Positions 36,103-45,641 are shown, numbered from the stretch's first letter. The stretch is DNA of 64,000 bases from Bacteroidota bacterium (GCA_035506295.1 DATJPR010000189.1:991-64990), one strand, 5' to 3'. Notes: generated by a model not told the origin, from the sequence alone. Numbers and translations are program-made.

Positions 36103-37503
36103 CTAAAAGTACGGTCGAACGGAAAACTCCGCCCCGACTTCCCGGGCAATCGCCATCGCCTGCGGCTTCTCGATTTCGGGGATGTCCACGATCGTGAGGA
36201 CGACTCTCGGAAAAAGCTTCACGGCTTCACGGGCAAAGTCGAGCATCGCATTGAAAAACGTCGGACCGTTGAGGCGCATGAGCCGCCCGTACTCTTCAGG
36301 ATCGGTTGCGTTCAGACTGATGGACATCGCATCGATCAACCCGACAAGCTCAGGCAGGATATTCCGTTTGTTGATGACGTTCCCGTGTCCGTTGGTGTTG
36401 AGCCGAGTTCTCCCTCCACGCTGTTTCACCCAGCGCGCGACCGTCTTCATGTCCTCAAGCCGGATGGTGGGCTCACCGTAGCCACAGAAAACGATCTCCT
36501 TGTATCGGGTGGGATCGCCGATCTCGGCCATGACCTCCTCCGCGGTCGGCTCCTTTTCGATCTTCAGGTTGATTCCTTTGATGATGGCGTCGCCGCCGCG
36601 ATCGCAAAAAATGCAATCGGCGTTGCATCGGATCGTCAGATTCACATAGAGCGCGTCCCGTAGAGTATAGGTAAACTGAGGCGCACCGACCGTTCCTATC
36701 CCGAAGAGTTTGAGCGCTGCGTAGTTCGTTGCGCGCGCGACGTCTGATGAGGAGAGACCCTGAAGGCTCGCGATCGCCGCGGCAACCAGGGGAATGTTCG
36801 CCGGCTCGTTGCGCTTGCCGCGCAGCGGGACCGGCGCGAGGTACGGACTGTCGGTTTCGAGGAGGATGTGTTCGATCGGGATGGCACCCGCGACCTCTTT
36901 CGCGCTACCGCTGTTCTTGAATGTGACGATCCCCGGGAAGGATAGGGAGAACCCGAGTCCAAGGAGTCGCCACGCCGTCGTCAAATCACCCGGATAACAG
37001 TGGAACACCCCCTTGGGGTGAGGATAGCGCGACACAAAGGTCTGATCATCCCGCCACGAGCCATCGTTTTCAAGGACCTGCTCGACAATGGCCAGGGTGC
37101 GGTCCATCGACTCGCGTGTGTGAATAACCACGGGGAGGTTCCGCTCGCGGGCCAGGTCCAGCTGCTCCCGAAAGACTCGTTCCTGGACATCACGGGGTGA
37201 GAAGTCGTAGTGGAAATCAAGCCCGATTTCTCCGATCGCGACGACTTTCGGCTGCGCGGACAACTCTCGCAGTTCCTCGAGCATCCGGTCGCCGGCTTTT
37301 GCCGCTTCGTGCGGATGCACCCCGACGCAGGCATAGACGGAGTCATATTTCGAGGCGAGCTCCACGGCACGGCGGGAATCTTCAATCGTTGTGCCCGGGC
37401 ACACCATCGCATGAACTCCGGCGTCGAGCGCCCGCTGAAGCACTTCCTCCCGGTCCGCGTCGAATTCCTTTGCCGTCAAATGACAGTGAGAATCAATGAA
37501 CAT
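36103..37503 (-). CDS. Fusion protein: TatD-family metal-dependent hydrolase (N-term) + radical SAM domain (C-term)
   Basis: The TatD part has MFIDSHCHL, AIGEIGLDFHY, PVVIHTR and LLETDSPYLAP (residues 1-~265). The radical SAM part has the CNADCIFC (CX3CX2C, nt 36604-36627) cluster motif and FCGYGEPT (residues ~285-466). Confidence 0.8.
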   Translation of the reverse strand: MFIDSHCHLTAKEFDADREEVLQRALDAGVHAMVCPGTTIEDSRRAVELASKYDSVYACVGVHPHEAAKAGDRMLEELRELSAQPKVVAIGEIGLDFHYDFSPRDVQERVFREQLDLARERNLPVVIHTRESMDRTLAIVEQVLENDGSWRDDQTFVSRYPHPKGVFHCYPGDLTTAWRLLGLGFSLSFPGIVTFKNSGSAKEVAGAIPIEHILLETDSPYLAPVPLRGKRNEPANIPLVAAAIASLQGLSSSDVARATNYAALKLFGIGTVGAPQFTYTLRDALYVNLTIRCNADCIFCDRGGDAIIKGINLKIEKEPTAEEVMAEIGDPTRYKEIVFCGYGEPTIRLEDMKTVARWVKQRGGRTRLNTNGHGNVINKRNILPELVGLIDAMSISLNATDPEEYGRLMRLNGPTFFNAMLDFAREAVKLFPRVVLTIVDIPEIEKPQAMAIAREVGAEFSVRPYF

Positions 37504-37521
37504 GTCCGGCCCTCAGTCTTA

Positions 37522-39600
37522 TCACCGGACCTTGCTCCCGCTCCCGATGTCTCCCTTGGGGCCGATGAGGAGCAGCTTGCCGCTTTCGTCGGATGCCGCG
37601 AGGACCATGCCCCGCGACTCCTGTCCCATCAGCGTCGCCGGCTGCAGATTATAGACGACAATGACCGACTGGCCGATCAGCGCCTCCGGCTGATAATGTT
37701 GCGCGATTCCCGCCACGATCGTTCTCCGTTCCGATCCGACCTCGACTTCGATCTTGATAAGCTTCTTCGATTTGGGAACGGCTTCCGCGGCGAGGATCTT
37801 CGCCACGCGGAGATCCAATTTCTTGAAATCATCGATCGTGGCAACCACTGCGGATTCAGCCGGCGCAGGAGCCGGTGCCGGGGGTGTGCCGTCGGCGGGT
37901 TGACCGAGCATGGAAAGCTCCTTCTCTATGGTCGCATCTTCAATTTTCGTGAACAGGATTTCGGGTGTGCCGAGCCGGTGACCGGCAGCGATCACGCACT
38001 CCGCCCCGCTTTCCCACGCCTGTTGCTCGGGGCTTCCTTCAAGGTTCAGCATCTTCCAGATGGTGCGGGCCGCGTCCGGGACAACCGGCGAGGACAGGAT
38101 AGCGAGCGCACGTGCAACCTGGACGCTCAAGTTGATCGTCGTCGCACACCGGGCCCGGTCGCTCTTTGCCGTTTTCCACGGTTCGCTGTCGTTGAAGTAC
38201 TTGTTCGCGGCGCGTGCGAGGTTCATCATCTCGTTGACGCCGTCACGGAAATGATAGTGCTCGAACCGCTCGGCGACGAGCGCCGGAGCCTTGCGGAGCG
38301 CCGCCAGCAATGTTGCATCGAGGGTGTTGTCCACGCCGCGTTCCGGGACGACACCGTCAAAGTTCCGCGCGGCGAACGCGAGCGCGCGATTGATGAAATT
38401 GCCGAGGATGTCCGCCAGCTCGCTGTTCGTCTTCGCCTGAAACTCCTTCCAATAGAAATCGGAATCACGAGACTCCGGGAGCGTGACGGCGAGATAGTAC
38501 CGGAGCGTATCGGCAGGATAGCGTTCAAGAAAATCCTGCACATCGATCCCCCACCCCCTGCTCTTGGAGAACTTCTGCCCCTCGAAGTTGAGGAACTCGT
38601 TCGCCGGCACGTTGGCGGGAAGGACATACTTTTCCTTGCCGCCGTCGTTCCACGCCATTAACATCGCAGGAAACACGATGCAATGAAAGACCACATTGTC
38701 TTTGCCGATGAACGCGACGTACTTCGTCCCCGCGTCGTTCCAGAACCGTTTCCAGGCGTCGGGCTCTCCCTTGTTTTCCGCCCATTCCCGGGTCGACGAA
38801 ATGTAACCGAGGACCGCATCGAACCAGACATAGATCACTTTCCGCTCATACCCGTTGAGCGGAACGCGAACGCCCCAGTCGAGGTCGCGCGTGACGGCCC
38901 GATCCTGAAGTCCGTCCTTGAACCACCCCCTGCAATACTGCAGCACGTTCTCCTTCCACCCATCCTTCTCCGCGGCGTCGCGGATATACGCCTCGAGGCG
39001 TTGTTGATACTCGCCGAGCGGAAAGTACCAGTGCGAGGTTTCGCGCACCACCGGCGTCTTTCCCGTGATCTTGCTCCGCGGGTTGATCAGCTCGAGCGGG
39101 TTCAAGAACGTGCCGCACTTTTCGCATTGGTCACCCCGCGCCTCGGGGTTCGCACACACCGGGCATGTCCCCTCGACGTAGCGATCCGGCAGAAACATGC
39201 CGGCCTCGTTGTCGTAGAACTGCTTTTCCTGCTTTTCCCGGAGGATACCCCTCCGGTGAAATTCGAGGAAAAACTCCTGGGCGGTCCGGTGATGCAGCGG
39301 CAAGGACGTCCTCGAATAGTTGTCGAAGCTCATGCCGAATTTCCTGAACGCCTCTTTGTTCATGGCGTGGTATTCGTCGACGACCGCCTGCGGACTGGTC
39401 TTCTGCTTCTCGGCCGTGATGGTGATCGGGACGCCGTGCTCGTCGGAACCGCAGATGAACACCACATCCCTTCGGCGCAGCCGCTGATACCGGACGTAGA
39501 TGTCCGCCGGGAGATAGGCTCCGGAAAGATGTCCGAGATGAATCGGGCCGTTGGCATACGGGAGAGCGGCGGTGACAAGAATGCGTTTCGGTTCGGTCAT
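37522..39600 (-). CDS. metG: Methionine--tRNA ligase with C-terminal tRNA-binding (EMAP-like) domain
   Basis: ALPYANGPIHLGHL (HIGH), CPVCANPEARGDQCEKCG zinc knuckle, KFSKSRG (KMSKS) and a C-terminal DLRVAKIL...KLIKIEVEVG. Confidence 0.95.
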   Translation of the reverse strand: MTEPKRILVTAALPYANGPIHLGHLSGAYLPADIYVRYQRLRRRDVVFICGSDEHGVPITITAEKQKTSPQAVVDEYHAMNKEAFRKFGMSFDNYSRTSLPLHHRTAQEFFLEFHRRGILREKQEKQFYDNEAGMFLPDRYVEGTCPVCANPEARGDQCEKCGTFLNPLELINPRSKITGKTPVVRETSHWYFPLGEYQQRLEAYIRDAAEKDGWKENVLQYCRGWFKDGLQDRAVTRDLDWGVRVPLNGYERKVIYVWFDAVLGYISSTREWAENKGEPDAWKRFWNDAGTKYVAFIGKDNVVFHCIVFPAMLMAWNDGGKEKYVLPANVPANEFLNFEGQKFSKSRGWGIDVQDFLERYPADTLRYYLAVTLPESRDSDFYWKEFQAKTNSELADILGNFINRALAFAARNFDGVVPERGVDNTLDATLLAALRKAPALVAERFEHYHFRDGVNEMMNLARAANKYFNDSEPWKTAKSDRARCATTINLSVQVARALAILSSPVVPDAARTIWKMLNLEGSPEQQAWESGAECVIAAGHRLGTPEILFTKIEDATIEKELSMLGQPADGTPPAPAPAPAESAVVATIDDFKKLDLRVAKILAAEAVPKSKKLIKIEVEVGSERRTIVAGIAQHYQPEALIGQSVIVVYNLQPATLMGQESRGMVLAASDESGKLLLIGPKGDIGSGSKVR

Positions 39601-40754
39601 AGCATCTCCATCGGAACGAGACCCCCGGGGTGTCCGAGCGGCTGCGGCGGAACCGCCGATCGCAGGAGCAAGACAATATTGACGAGCAGCAGGCGCGGGT
39701 AAATGTTGCGTTCGAGCAACGCGAGCGCCCGATCGATCCCGGCCAGCACGCGCGGAAGATCGGCCTCAGGGAACTTCGCGACGAATTTCCCCAGGCCCTC
39801 CTCCTGATCCTGATTGATGATGGTTCCTCCTGCCGCGAGGACCATGGCGTCGCGGCACCACAGAAGGAGAAGCTGGAGGAATCTCCGGTATGGTTCTTTG
39901 TCTTTTTGCTCTGTCATCCGGTCGATTTCTTCGAGAACACCGAGCATGCTCGTGGTCAGGGCAAGCCGGACGAACTGCACCACCTGTTCTCGTTCCTCCT
40001 TCAGGTTCTCGGACACCAGCTCGACGGCTCGTGTGTACCCCCCGCCGGCAACTCGTGCGGTCAGAGCCGCGTTCTCCGGCGCAACGCCCCGCCGGCCGAT
40101 CAATGCCTCGCGGATCTCCGCCTCCCCGAGCGGATCGAACCTCACCAGCTGACAGCGCGAGACGATCGTCGGGAGAATCTGCTCCCTCTTTGACGTCGTC
40201 AGAATGAACATTGTCTCATCCGACGGCTCCTCGAGCGTCTTCAGGAGCATGTTCGATGATTCTTCGTTCATCCGCTCGGCGTGGGAAATGATCGTCACAC
40301 GCTTCCGCCGATCGGAGGTGGTCATCGAAGACTCCGCGCGAACTTCCCGGATGCTGTTGACCTTGATGACGTTCGCTCTGGGGAAGACGATTTGACGATA
40401 CGGGTCTTCCGCCTTGGCTTTATACTCTTCCTGAACGAGCCGTATGTCGTCCGGGCTCAGCTTCTCGAGAGGTCCGTGATCATCCGTCTCGTCTTTTCCC
40501 CTGGGCAGTGCAGTGACAAAATGCACGTCAGGGTGGCTCATGGACTGCATCCTGTGACATGACGGGCACTCGCCGCAGGACTCGTCTCCACCGCGCTCGC
40601 AGTGGATCACTTTTGCGAGCTCGAGAGCCGCCGCATCCTTGCCTGTTCCCTCAGGGCCAACGAACAAATACGCGTGCGCCAGCCGTCCGGAGCGGATCGC
40701 GTGGCGGAAGTAGTCTTTGACGCGCTGCTGGCCGATAACGGAGTTCCAGGGCAT
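39597..40754 (-). CDS. holB: DNA polymerase III subunit delta' (clamp-loader AAA+)
   Basis: GRLAHAYLFVGPEGTGK, the zinc module CGECPSCHR, and TIVSRCQLVRF (SRC motif). The stop overlaps the metG ATG (ATGA). The tracked ORF starts at TTG 40787; I prefer ATG 40754 (MPWNSVIGQQ). Confidence 0.75.
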   Translation of the reverse strand: MPWNSVIGQQRVKDYFRHAIRSGRLAHAYLFVGPEGTGKDAAALELAKVIHCERGGDESCGECPSCHRMQSMSHPDVHFVTALPRGKDETDDHGPLEKLSPDDIRLVQEEYKAKAEDPYRQIVFPRANVIKVNSIREVRAESSMTTSDRRKRVTIISHAERMNEESSNMLLKTLEEPSDETMFILTTSKREQILPTIVSRCQLVRFDPLGEAEIREALIGRRGVAPENAALTARVAGGGYTRAVELVSENLKEEREQVVQFVRLALTTSMLGVLEEIDRMTEQKDKEPYRRFLQLLLLWCRDAMVLAAGGTIINQDQEEGLGKFVAKFPEADLPRVLAGIDRALALLERNIYPRLLLVNIVLLLRSAVPPQPLGHPGGLVPMEML

Positions 40755-40792
40755 CTCGTGTATTATCCCAAATATATCTTCGTTCAATGTGA

Positions 40793-40890
40793 GTATGCAG
40801 TAGGGAGTACGGAGTACGCAGAAAGAGGATTCCTGATTGCCAGATCGAATTCTTCTGCATACTGCTTACTGCCTACTGCCTACTGCATAC
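40793..40890. repeat. Imperfect ~98-nt palindrome built from tandem heptamers (GTATGCA GTAGGGA GTACGGA GTACGCA ... CATACTG CTTACTG CCTACTG CCTACTG), between the BamA-family gene and holB
   Basis: The outer 12 bp are perfect: gtatgcagtagg (40793-40804) pairs with cctactgcatac (40879-40890). The inner arms pair imperfectly, e.g. agtacgcagaa (40813-23) with ttctgcatact (40853-63) and one mismatch. Both arms show 7-nt periodicity. Confidence 0.65.
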
Positions 40891-40949
40891 CCCCCCAGGC
40901 CTCCCTGTGCTCGCCATGCCTCACGAGACGTTCTGAGGTGCGTTGTAGG

Positions 40950-43058
40950 CTAGAACGCATGACCGATCCCAAAATGAAACACCCCCGTCTTGAACGTTTC
41001 TCCGAGGAGTCTCTTCTGAGTGATCCAATATCGTCCATTCGGATCCGTCGGGTCGTAAATGCGGAAACCCCAGTCGATACGGAACGGCCCGAAGAATGTA
41101 TCATAACGGAATCCGAGTCCTGCTGCAAGTGCCACATCCCGGACGCGGAAATCCGTGGCTTTCGGCCAGAGGTTGCCGAAGTCGAGGAACTCCACGATCC
41201 ACATCTTGTCCCAAAAACCGTCTCGAAGCGCCTGCAGGGGATTGGTGCGCATCTCAATGCTCCCATCGATGAGCAGATTGCCCCCCAGTTGCGGGTCGCC
41301 ATGTGCGATGAGGCTTCTCGAGTTCCACCCCCGGACGCTCCCGGACCCGCCGGCAAAGAAGAGATACGTCAGCGGGATCGTGCGCGAGGTGTCAGACCTG
41401 GACGCGCCGTACTTCTCCTCGAGTCCCGCCCGGAGTTTGATCGCCAGGATGGAGAATCGCTTCGTGGGGCCAACGTCAAAGTACCATCTGCCGAGAGCGC
41501 TTGCGCTGTAGAATTGGGTGTACGGAAGATTCGGGACAAGGGAGCGCAGCAACAAAGGAAGAATCCCCGACTCCTGCAGCGTCATCGAATGCACGAATCC
41601 TTCCGACGGCGAGAAGATGTCGTTCGTCATGTCTCGTTGGATAGTGAACGAGAACACGGAGTTGAACTGGCGGGGATTGAGCAGGAGTAGCGACAGCTGG
41701 CGCAACGCCACAGGATCGAGAAGCGTCGAGTCGATGGGACGAATGCGGTAGTCGATGGCTTCGAGCGTCCAGTCGAACTGTCCCGTCGTATACTCCGCGA
41801 ATCTGTCGCTGATCCCGAATTTGGTCCGGACGATGTTGAGCTTATACGGAAGCTGTTTATCGATGATGTAGGATGCGGAAAACGTTCCCTTCACCGCATT
41901 GCTGAAAATGTACGGCTGCAGCAGCTCCAGGGTCAGGTCGAGGTTGGAAACCGCATCGTTGTTAAGCTTGAAGTAGTCCGGGAACGCGGTGATGGTCTGC
42001 GTCCGGAAGCGCAGGCGGGTGGTAAGGATCCGCGCTCCGCCGAGGAAATTGCGGTTGGTATACCCCAGCCCGGCGCCGATGTTGAACGCGTCATTGTCGT
42101 TGCTGACGATGAGCTCCGGGGCAAGTTCGTGCTTGTCCTTGGGCCGGATGACAATATCGCTCGGCACCATGATGCCGGTATCGGAGAGCGCGGGGATGGC
42201 GACATCGATCTTCCGCAGGTCGAAAATCCCGAGGCGGTTGAGATTCCGCTCGCTTTTCTGGCGGACTTCTTCACTGTAGAAATCGTTGGGCTTGTAATCC
42301 AGGTGCTCCAGCACGATGTCGTCCGTGATGTCATCGCGGCGCATCACCCCTCGTAGCGTGTCGACTTCCTGTTCGACGGTGATCGGGCCGAAGCGGTAGC
42401 GGCGCCCCGCCTTGAAGGCGAGCGTGATCTTGAAATTCCCGTCGCTGGCAAAATGATCCGCTTTCGAACTATCCCGAAGGAACGACGCCCTGGGAAATCC
42501 GTTGTCAGCAAAGATCCGTAATACCCGTCTGACTTCCTCTTCGAGCAGGCTCGAGTTGTAATAGTCGCCCTGGCTGATGGCGGGACTCGAACGGATATCC
42601 TGCCAGATGGTCTCCGGCCCCGACGGAATTCCCCGATAGACGAGGCTGTCGAGGATCGATCGGTAGCCTTCCTGGATGTTCAGGGTAATGTCGACCTTTG
42701 AGCCGTCGTCGAAGAACGCCAGGCTCGTATCGATCTTCACTTCCTCATATCCCCTGTTCCGGTAGAACTTCCTCAGCCGGTCCAGGTCCGCGCCGAGGGT
42801 CACGTAGTTCAGGTACTCGTTTTTCCGTCCGAGCTTTTCGCTGATGGTGTTGAAAAGGAATTTGTTCAGAAACCCCGGGGTCTCTTTGATCTGGATCTGT
42901 GACCGCAGCTCCGGTGTGGAGAAGCCTGCGTTGCCTTCGAATCGTATGCTGCTGATCTCAGGATTGCCGCCGGCGTCCTGGGGCGACTGCCCGGCAAGGG
43001 AAGCCGGGGTCCACATGATGGCGAGGAGAATCAGGGAAACCGGGAGATGTGAAGACAC
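40950..43058 (-). CDS. BamA/TamA-family outer-membrane protein assembly factor (POTRA repeats + Omp85 barrel)
   Basis: Signal peptide and POTRA-like repeats (I..I.FEGN..FS...L). The C-terminal barrel has FFAGGSGSVRGW and ends in ...HFGIGHAF. GTG start at 43058. Confidence 0.8.
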   Translation of the reverse strand: MSSHLPVSLILLAIMWTPASLAGQSPQDAGGNPEISSIRFEGNAGFSTPELRSQIQIKETPGFLNKFLFNTISEKLGRKNEYLNYVTLGADLDRLRKFYRNRGYEEVKIDTSLAFFDDGSKVDITLNIQEGYRSILDSLVYRGIPSGPETIWQDIRSSPAISQGDYYNSSLLEEEVRRVLRIFADNGFPRASFLRDSSKADHFASDGNFKITLAFKAGRRYRFGPITVEQEVDTLRGVMRRDDITDDIVLEHLDYKPNDFYSEEVRQKSERNLNRLGIFDLRKIDVAIPALSDTGIMVPSDIVIRPKDKHELAPELIVSNDNDAFNIGAGLGYTNRNFLGGARILTTRLRFRTQTITAFPDYFKLNNDAVSNLDLTLELLQPYIFSNAVKGTFSASYIIDKQLPYKLNIVRTKFGISDRFAEYTTGQFDWTLEAIDYRIRPIDSTLLDPVALRQLSLLLLNPRQFNSVFSFTIQRDMTNDIFSPSEGFVHSMTLQESGILPLLLRSLVPNLPYTQFYSASALGRWYFDVGPTKRFSILAIKLRAGLEEKYGASRSDTSRTIPLTYLFFAGGSGSVRGWNSRSLIAHGDPQLGGNLLIDGSIEMRTNPLQALRDGFWDKMWIVEFLDFGNLWPKATDFRVRDVALAAGLGFRYDTFFGPFRIDWGFRIYDPTDPNGRYWITQKRLLGETFKTGVFHFGIGHAF

Positions 43059-43086
43059 GGGCGGATTCGTATGACCGGAGAAGAAT

Positions 43087-43110
43087 AAAAAACCCAGCCT
43101 GAAGGCCGGG
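43087..43110 (-). terminator. Rho-independent terminator after the DUF2795 gene
   Basis: Minus-strand RNA reads CCCGGCC-UUCA-GGCUGGG followed by UUUUUU, about 45 nt downstream of the stop at 43157. Confidence 0.65.
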
Positions 43111-43156
43111 TGGGTATACTACCATAATCGCTCAACAAATGCAACCTGCGTCCCTG

Positions 43157-43408
43157 TCAGTATTCGTTGTCCTCGTCGAAGAAAAAATCCTCATCTGTCG
43201 GGTAGTCGGGCCAGATTTCATCCATGCTCTCGTACGGCTCTTCGCTGTCCTCAAGTTCCTGGAGATTGTCCACAACTTCCCTTGGGGCACCGGTGCGTAT
43301 TGCGTAATCGATCAGTTCCTCCTTCGTTGCAGGCCAAGGGGCATCATCGAGATAGGAAGCAAGTTCCATTGTCCAAATCACAGTGAACCTCTTCTGATCA
43401 AAGTTCAA
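43157..43408 (-). CDS. DUF2795-like small acidic protein
   Basis: The YL....WPATKEELIDYA...GAP.EV...L..L pattern is what I associate with DUF2795. It has an acidic C-terminus and lies contiguous with the stop of the upstream M23 gene. Confidence 0.55.
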   Translation of the reverse strand: MNFDQKRFTVIWTMELASYLDDAPWPATKEELIDYAIRTGAPREVVDNLQELEDSEEPYESMDEIWPDYPTDEDFFFDEDNEY

Positions 43409-44431
43409 TCAGCCATGATGTTGGTCCTGGGCCGCTGCAAGCGCGCTCCTGTAGCGCGCGGCTTCCACATCATCAAAGAAGAAGTCTACCGGATTCAACT
43501 TTCGACCATTCTTGCGAACTTCGTAATGAAGGTGAGGACCACTCACTAGACCCGAACGTCCGCATTTTCCGATAAGTTCCCCTCGTTGAACTCGTTGACC
43601 TGCGCGAACAAGCGCTGCTGCCAGGTGGGCGTAGATGGTGGAGTACCCGTAGCCATGTTGGATTTCGATCACCGTCCCGTAGCCACCGGCTGTCCGCCCG
43701 GCGAAATGGACCACGCCGTCTCCCGCGGCATACACGTTGGTCCCCACATCATTGACGATGTCGATGCCGTCATGCATCCTGTAGACGTGCAACACCGGAT
43801 GCAGGCGCATGCCGAAGCCGTTGATCGAATAGTACCCGGCCATGGGTTTGATGGCCGGGAGGTGTTCAAAAAGATCTTTGTTGTATTCCAGCCGTTTGGT
43901 GATCTCTTCGTAGCTCGTCTGCTGCAGCCGGATCTCCCTGCTCAATCGATCGATCAACGACTGGGACGTGGAGATTATTTGCGCAGCTTCCCCGGTGAGA
44001 AACGCGTTCGCCTGGGGCGCAACCGATCCTCCGGTCGCTGCCTGCTTTGTATCGTCGTCGAGCTTCGAGAGGTCGACCATCAGCCGCAGCTCGTTCCCGC
44101 GGTCTGACAACTTGTCAATCGTCTTCTGGACGACGGAGATTTTCGACGTCAGCGACTGCACCTGCTCCTTCAGCAGACGGTTCTCCGTTGCCATCACGCT
44201 CATCCGGTTGTACCCGATGCCCAGGATGTCGCTGAAGAAGTAATTGGTGACGAGAATCAGTCCAATGACGAGAACTCCGAGGATCATTCCCGAGCTGACG
44301 AGCTTGGTGCGGAAGAACCGCAGCTCGCGCAGATCAAGCGAACTGCTCGAGAATCGGAGTATTTTTTCCCTGTGCCTGCCCCGGATTGAGCGCATAAGTT
44401 CGCGTATGTTTTCAAGAAGTCTAATGAACAC
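43409..44431 (-). CDS. M23-family metallopeptidase (LytM/murein DD-endopeptidase-like) with N-terminal TM and coiled coil
   Basis: HDGIDI, YGTVIEIQHGYGYSTIYAHL and GRSGLVSGPHLHYEV (HxxxD and HxH motifs). The tracked start is GTG 44431; an alternative ATG lies at 44395. Confidence 0.85.
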   Translation of the reverse strand: MFIRLLENIRELMRSIRGRHREKILRFSSSSLDLRELRFFRTKLVSSGMILGVLVIGLILVTNYFFSDILGIGYNRMSVMATENRLLKEQVQSLTSKISVVQKTIDKLSDRGNELRLMVDLSKLDDDTKQAATGGSVAPQANAFLTGEAAQIISTSQSLIDRLSREIRLQQTSYEEITKRLEYNKDLFEHLPAIKPMAGYYSINGFGMRLHPVLHVYRMHDGIDIVNDVGTNVYAAGDGVVHFAGRTAGGYGTVIEIQHGYGYSTIYAHLAAALVRAGQRVQRGELIGKCGRSGLVSGPHLHYEVRKNGRKLNPVDFFFDDVEAARYRSALAAAQDQHHG

Positions 44432-44528
44432 GGAATTTACGTCGGGCTATGAGAACAGAAACGACAGATGTCGTGCCACTTCCGTAGGAGGGACCCCTCA
44501 TTCGCAATATTGCGTGGCAGGCTCGGAA

Positions 44529-44557
44529 AAAGTAAAAAAAACCAAAGTTGATGTCAA
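44529..44557 (-). promoter_or_regulatory. Candidate sigma70-type promoter TTGACA-N17-TACTTT for the M23 peptidase operon
   Basis: -35 at 44557-44552 and -10 at 44534-44529 on the minus strand. Confidence 0.35.
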
Positions 44558-44633
44558 GGGAAAAATTGAAGATTCTTCCACCTGCATAATCTTGTGCCAG
44601 TGGCTGAAAAAGCGATGGATCGAGTGTCCACCA

Positions 44634-45641
44634 TCACTCGAAATCGTGTTCGAAGTAGTTTATCGCCCTGGTTCCCTTCTTTTTCCGGTCAATCATCCCT
44701 TCGAGACGCTTCGCAAACTCCTTGGCGGCATCGTAGCCGTAGTGCTTCAGGAGATAATTGAGCGCTATGACCTCGGAAATGACCGTAACGTTTTTACCGG
44801 GGAAAATCGGTAGTTTTACCATGGGAAGCTCGACATCGAGAATGGAAACCCTCTGATCGTCAAGTCCTGTACGCGTGTACTCCTCGCTGACCTTCCAATC
44901 TTCCAATTCGATGACCACTTCGACGCGTTTCTGGTACCGGATGGCCCTGATCCCGAAGAGGCTTCTCACGTCCAGAAGGCCGAGGCCCCGGATCTCCATG
45001 AAGTGTTTCACGAGATCGGTGCCGGAACCAAGGAGGATCCCCTCCCCCTTCCGGGTAACCATCACGACATCGTCTGCCACCAGGCGGTGACCTCGCTCCA
45101 CCAGATCGAGGGCGATCTCGCTTTTACCGATCCCTGATCTGCCCGTGAGGAGCACGCCGACACCATAGACATCCACCAGCGATCCATGGAGGACAACCTG
45201 GGGGGAGAACTGATCGTCAAGAAAGTCGGCGAGGAAGTAGGAGATCTTGGTGGTCTCGAACGGCGTGCCGAAAATCGGAATGTTCTTCGCCGACGCTGCC
45301 GCGAGAAGACCCTCATCGAAATGGTTGTCGTTCGTCAGGATGATGCACGGCAACTTGTAGCTGATGATCCGGTCGAATGCCTTGCGCCGTTCCTCGGGAG
45401 AAAGAGACTGGAGATAATGAACCTCGGTGTTGCCGATCAACTGGACACGGTCGAAGGTGAACAGGCCGAGGTAGCCGGCCAGAGCGAGTCCCGGCCGGTT
45501 CAGGTTCTTGTCGCGAATCACGTTGTCGAACCCGTTCTCGCCGTTCATGGGGAGAAGTCTGAAACGGTCGTGCGTGGTCTCATACAGAAATCCCACGGTG
45601 ATGCTCTTCTTCCGGGTTTCTCGAGATTTGTCGATTTTCAT
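44634..45641 (-). CDS. hprK: HPr kinase/phosphorylase
   Basis: HGSLVDVYGVGVLLTGRSGIGKSEIALDLVERGHRLVADD (P-loop and signature). Start chosen at MKIDKSRE (Met14 of the tracked ORF). Confidence 0.9.
   Translation of the reverse strand: MKIDKSRETRKKSITVGFLYETTHDRFRLLPMNGENGFDNVIRDKNLNRPGLALAGYLGLFTFDRVQLIGNTEVHYLQSLSPEERRKAFDRIISYKLPCIILTNDNHFDEGLLAAASAKNIPIFGTPFETTKISYFLADFLDDQFSPQVVLHGSLVDVYGVGVLLTGRSGIGKSEIALDLVERGHRLVADDVVMVTRKGEGILLGSGTDLVKHFMEIRGLGLLDVRSLFGIRAIRYQKRVEVVIELEDWKVSEEYTRTGLDDQRVSILDVELPMVKLPIFPGKNVTVISEVIALNYLLKHYGYDAAKEFAKRLEGMIDRKKKGTRAINYFEHDFE

Noticed and set aside
43116-43144. Promoter-like TTGCAT-N17-TAGTAT on the minus strand upstream of the BamA-family gene.
   Set aside because: Its predicted start site falls at the foot of the terminator hairpin (43087-43110), so transcripts would terminate after ~30 nt. 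It is more likely a chance match in an AT-richer spacer.
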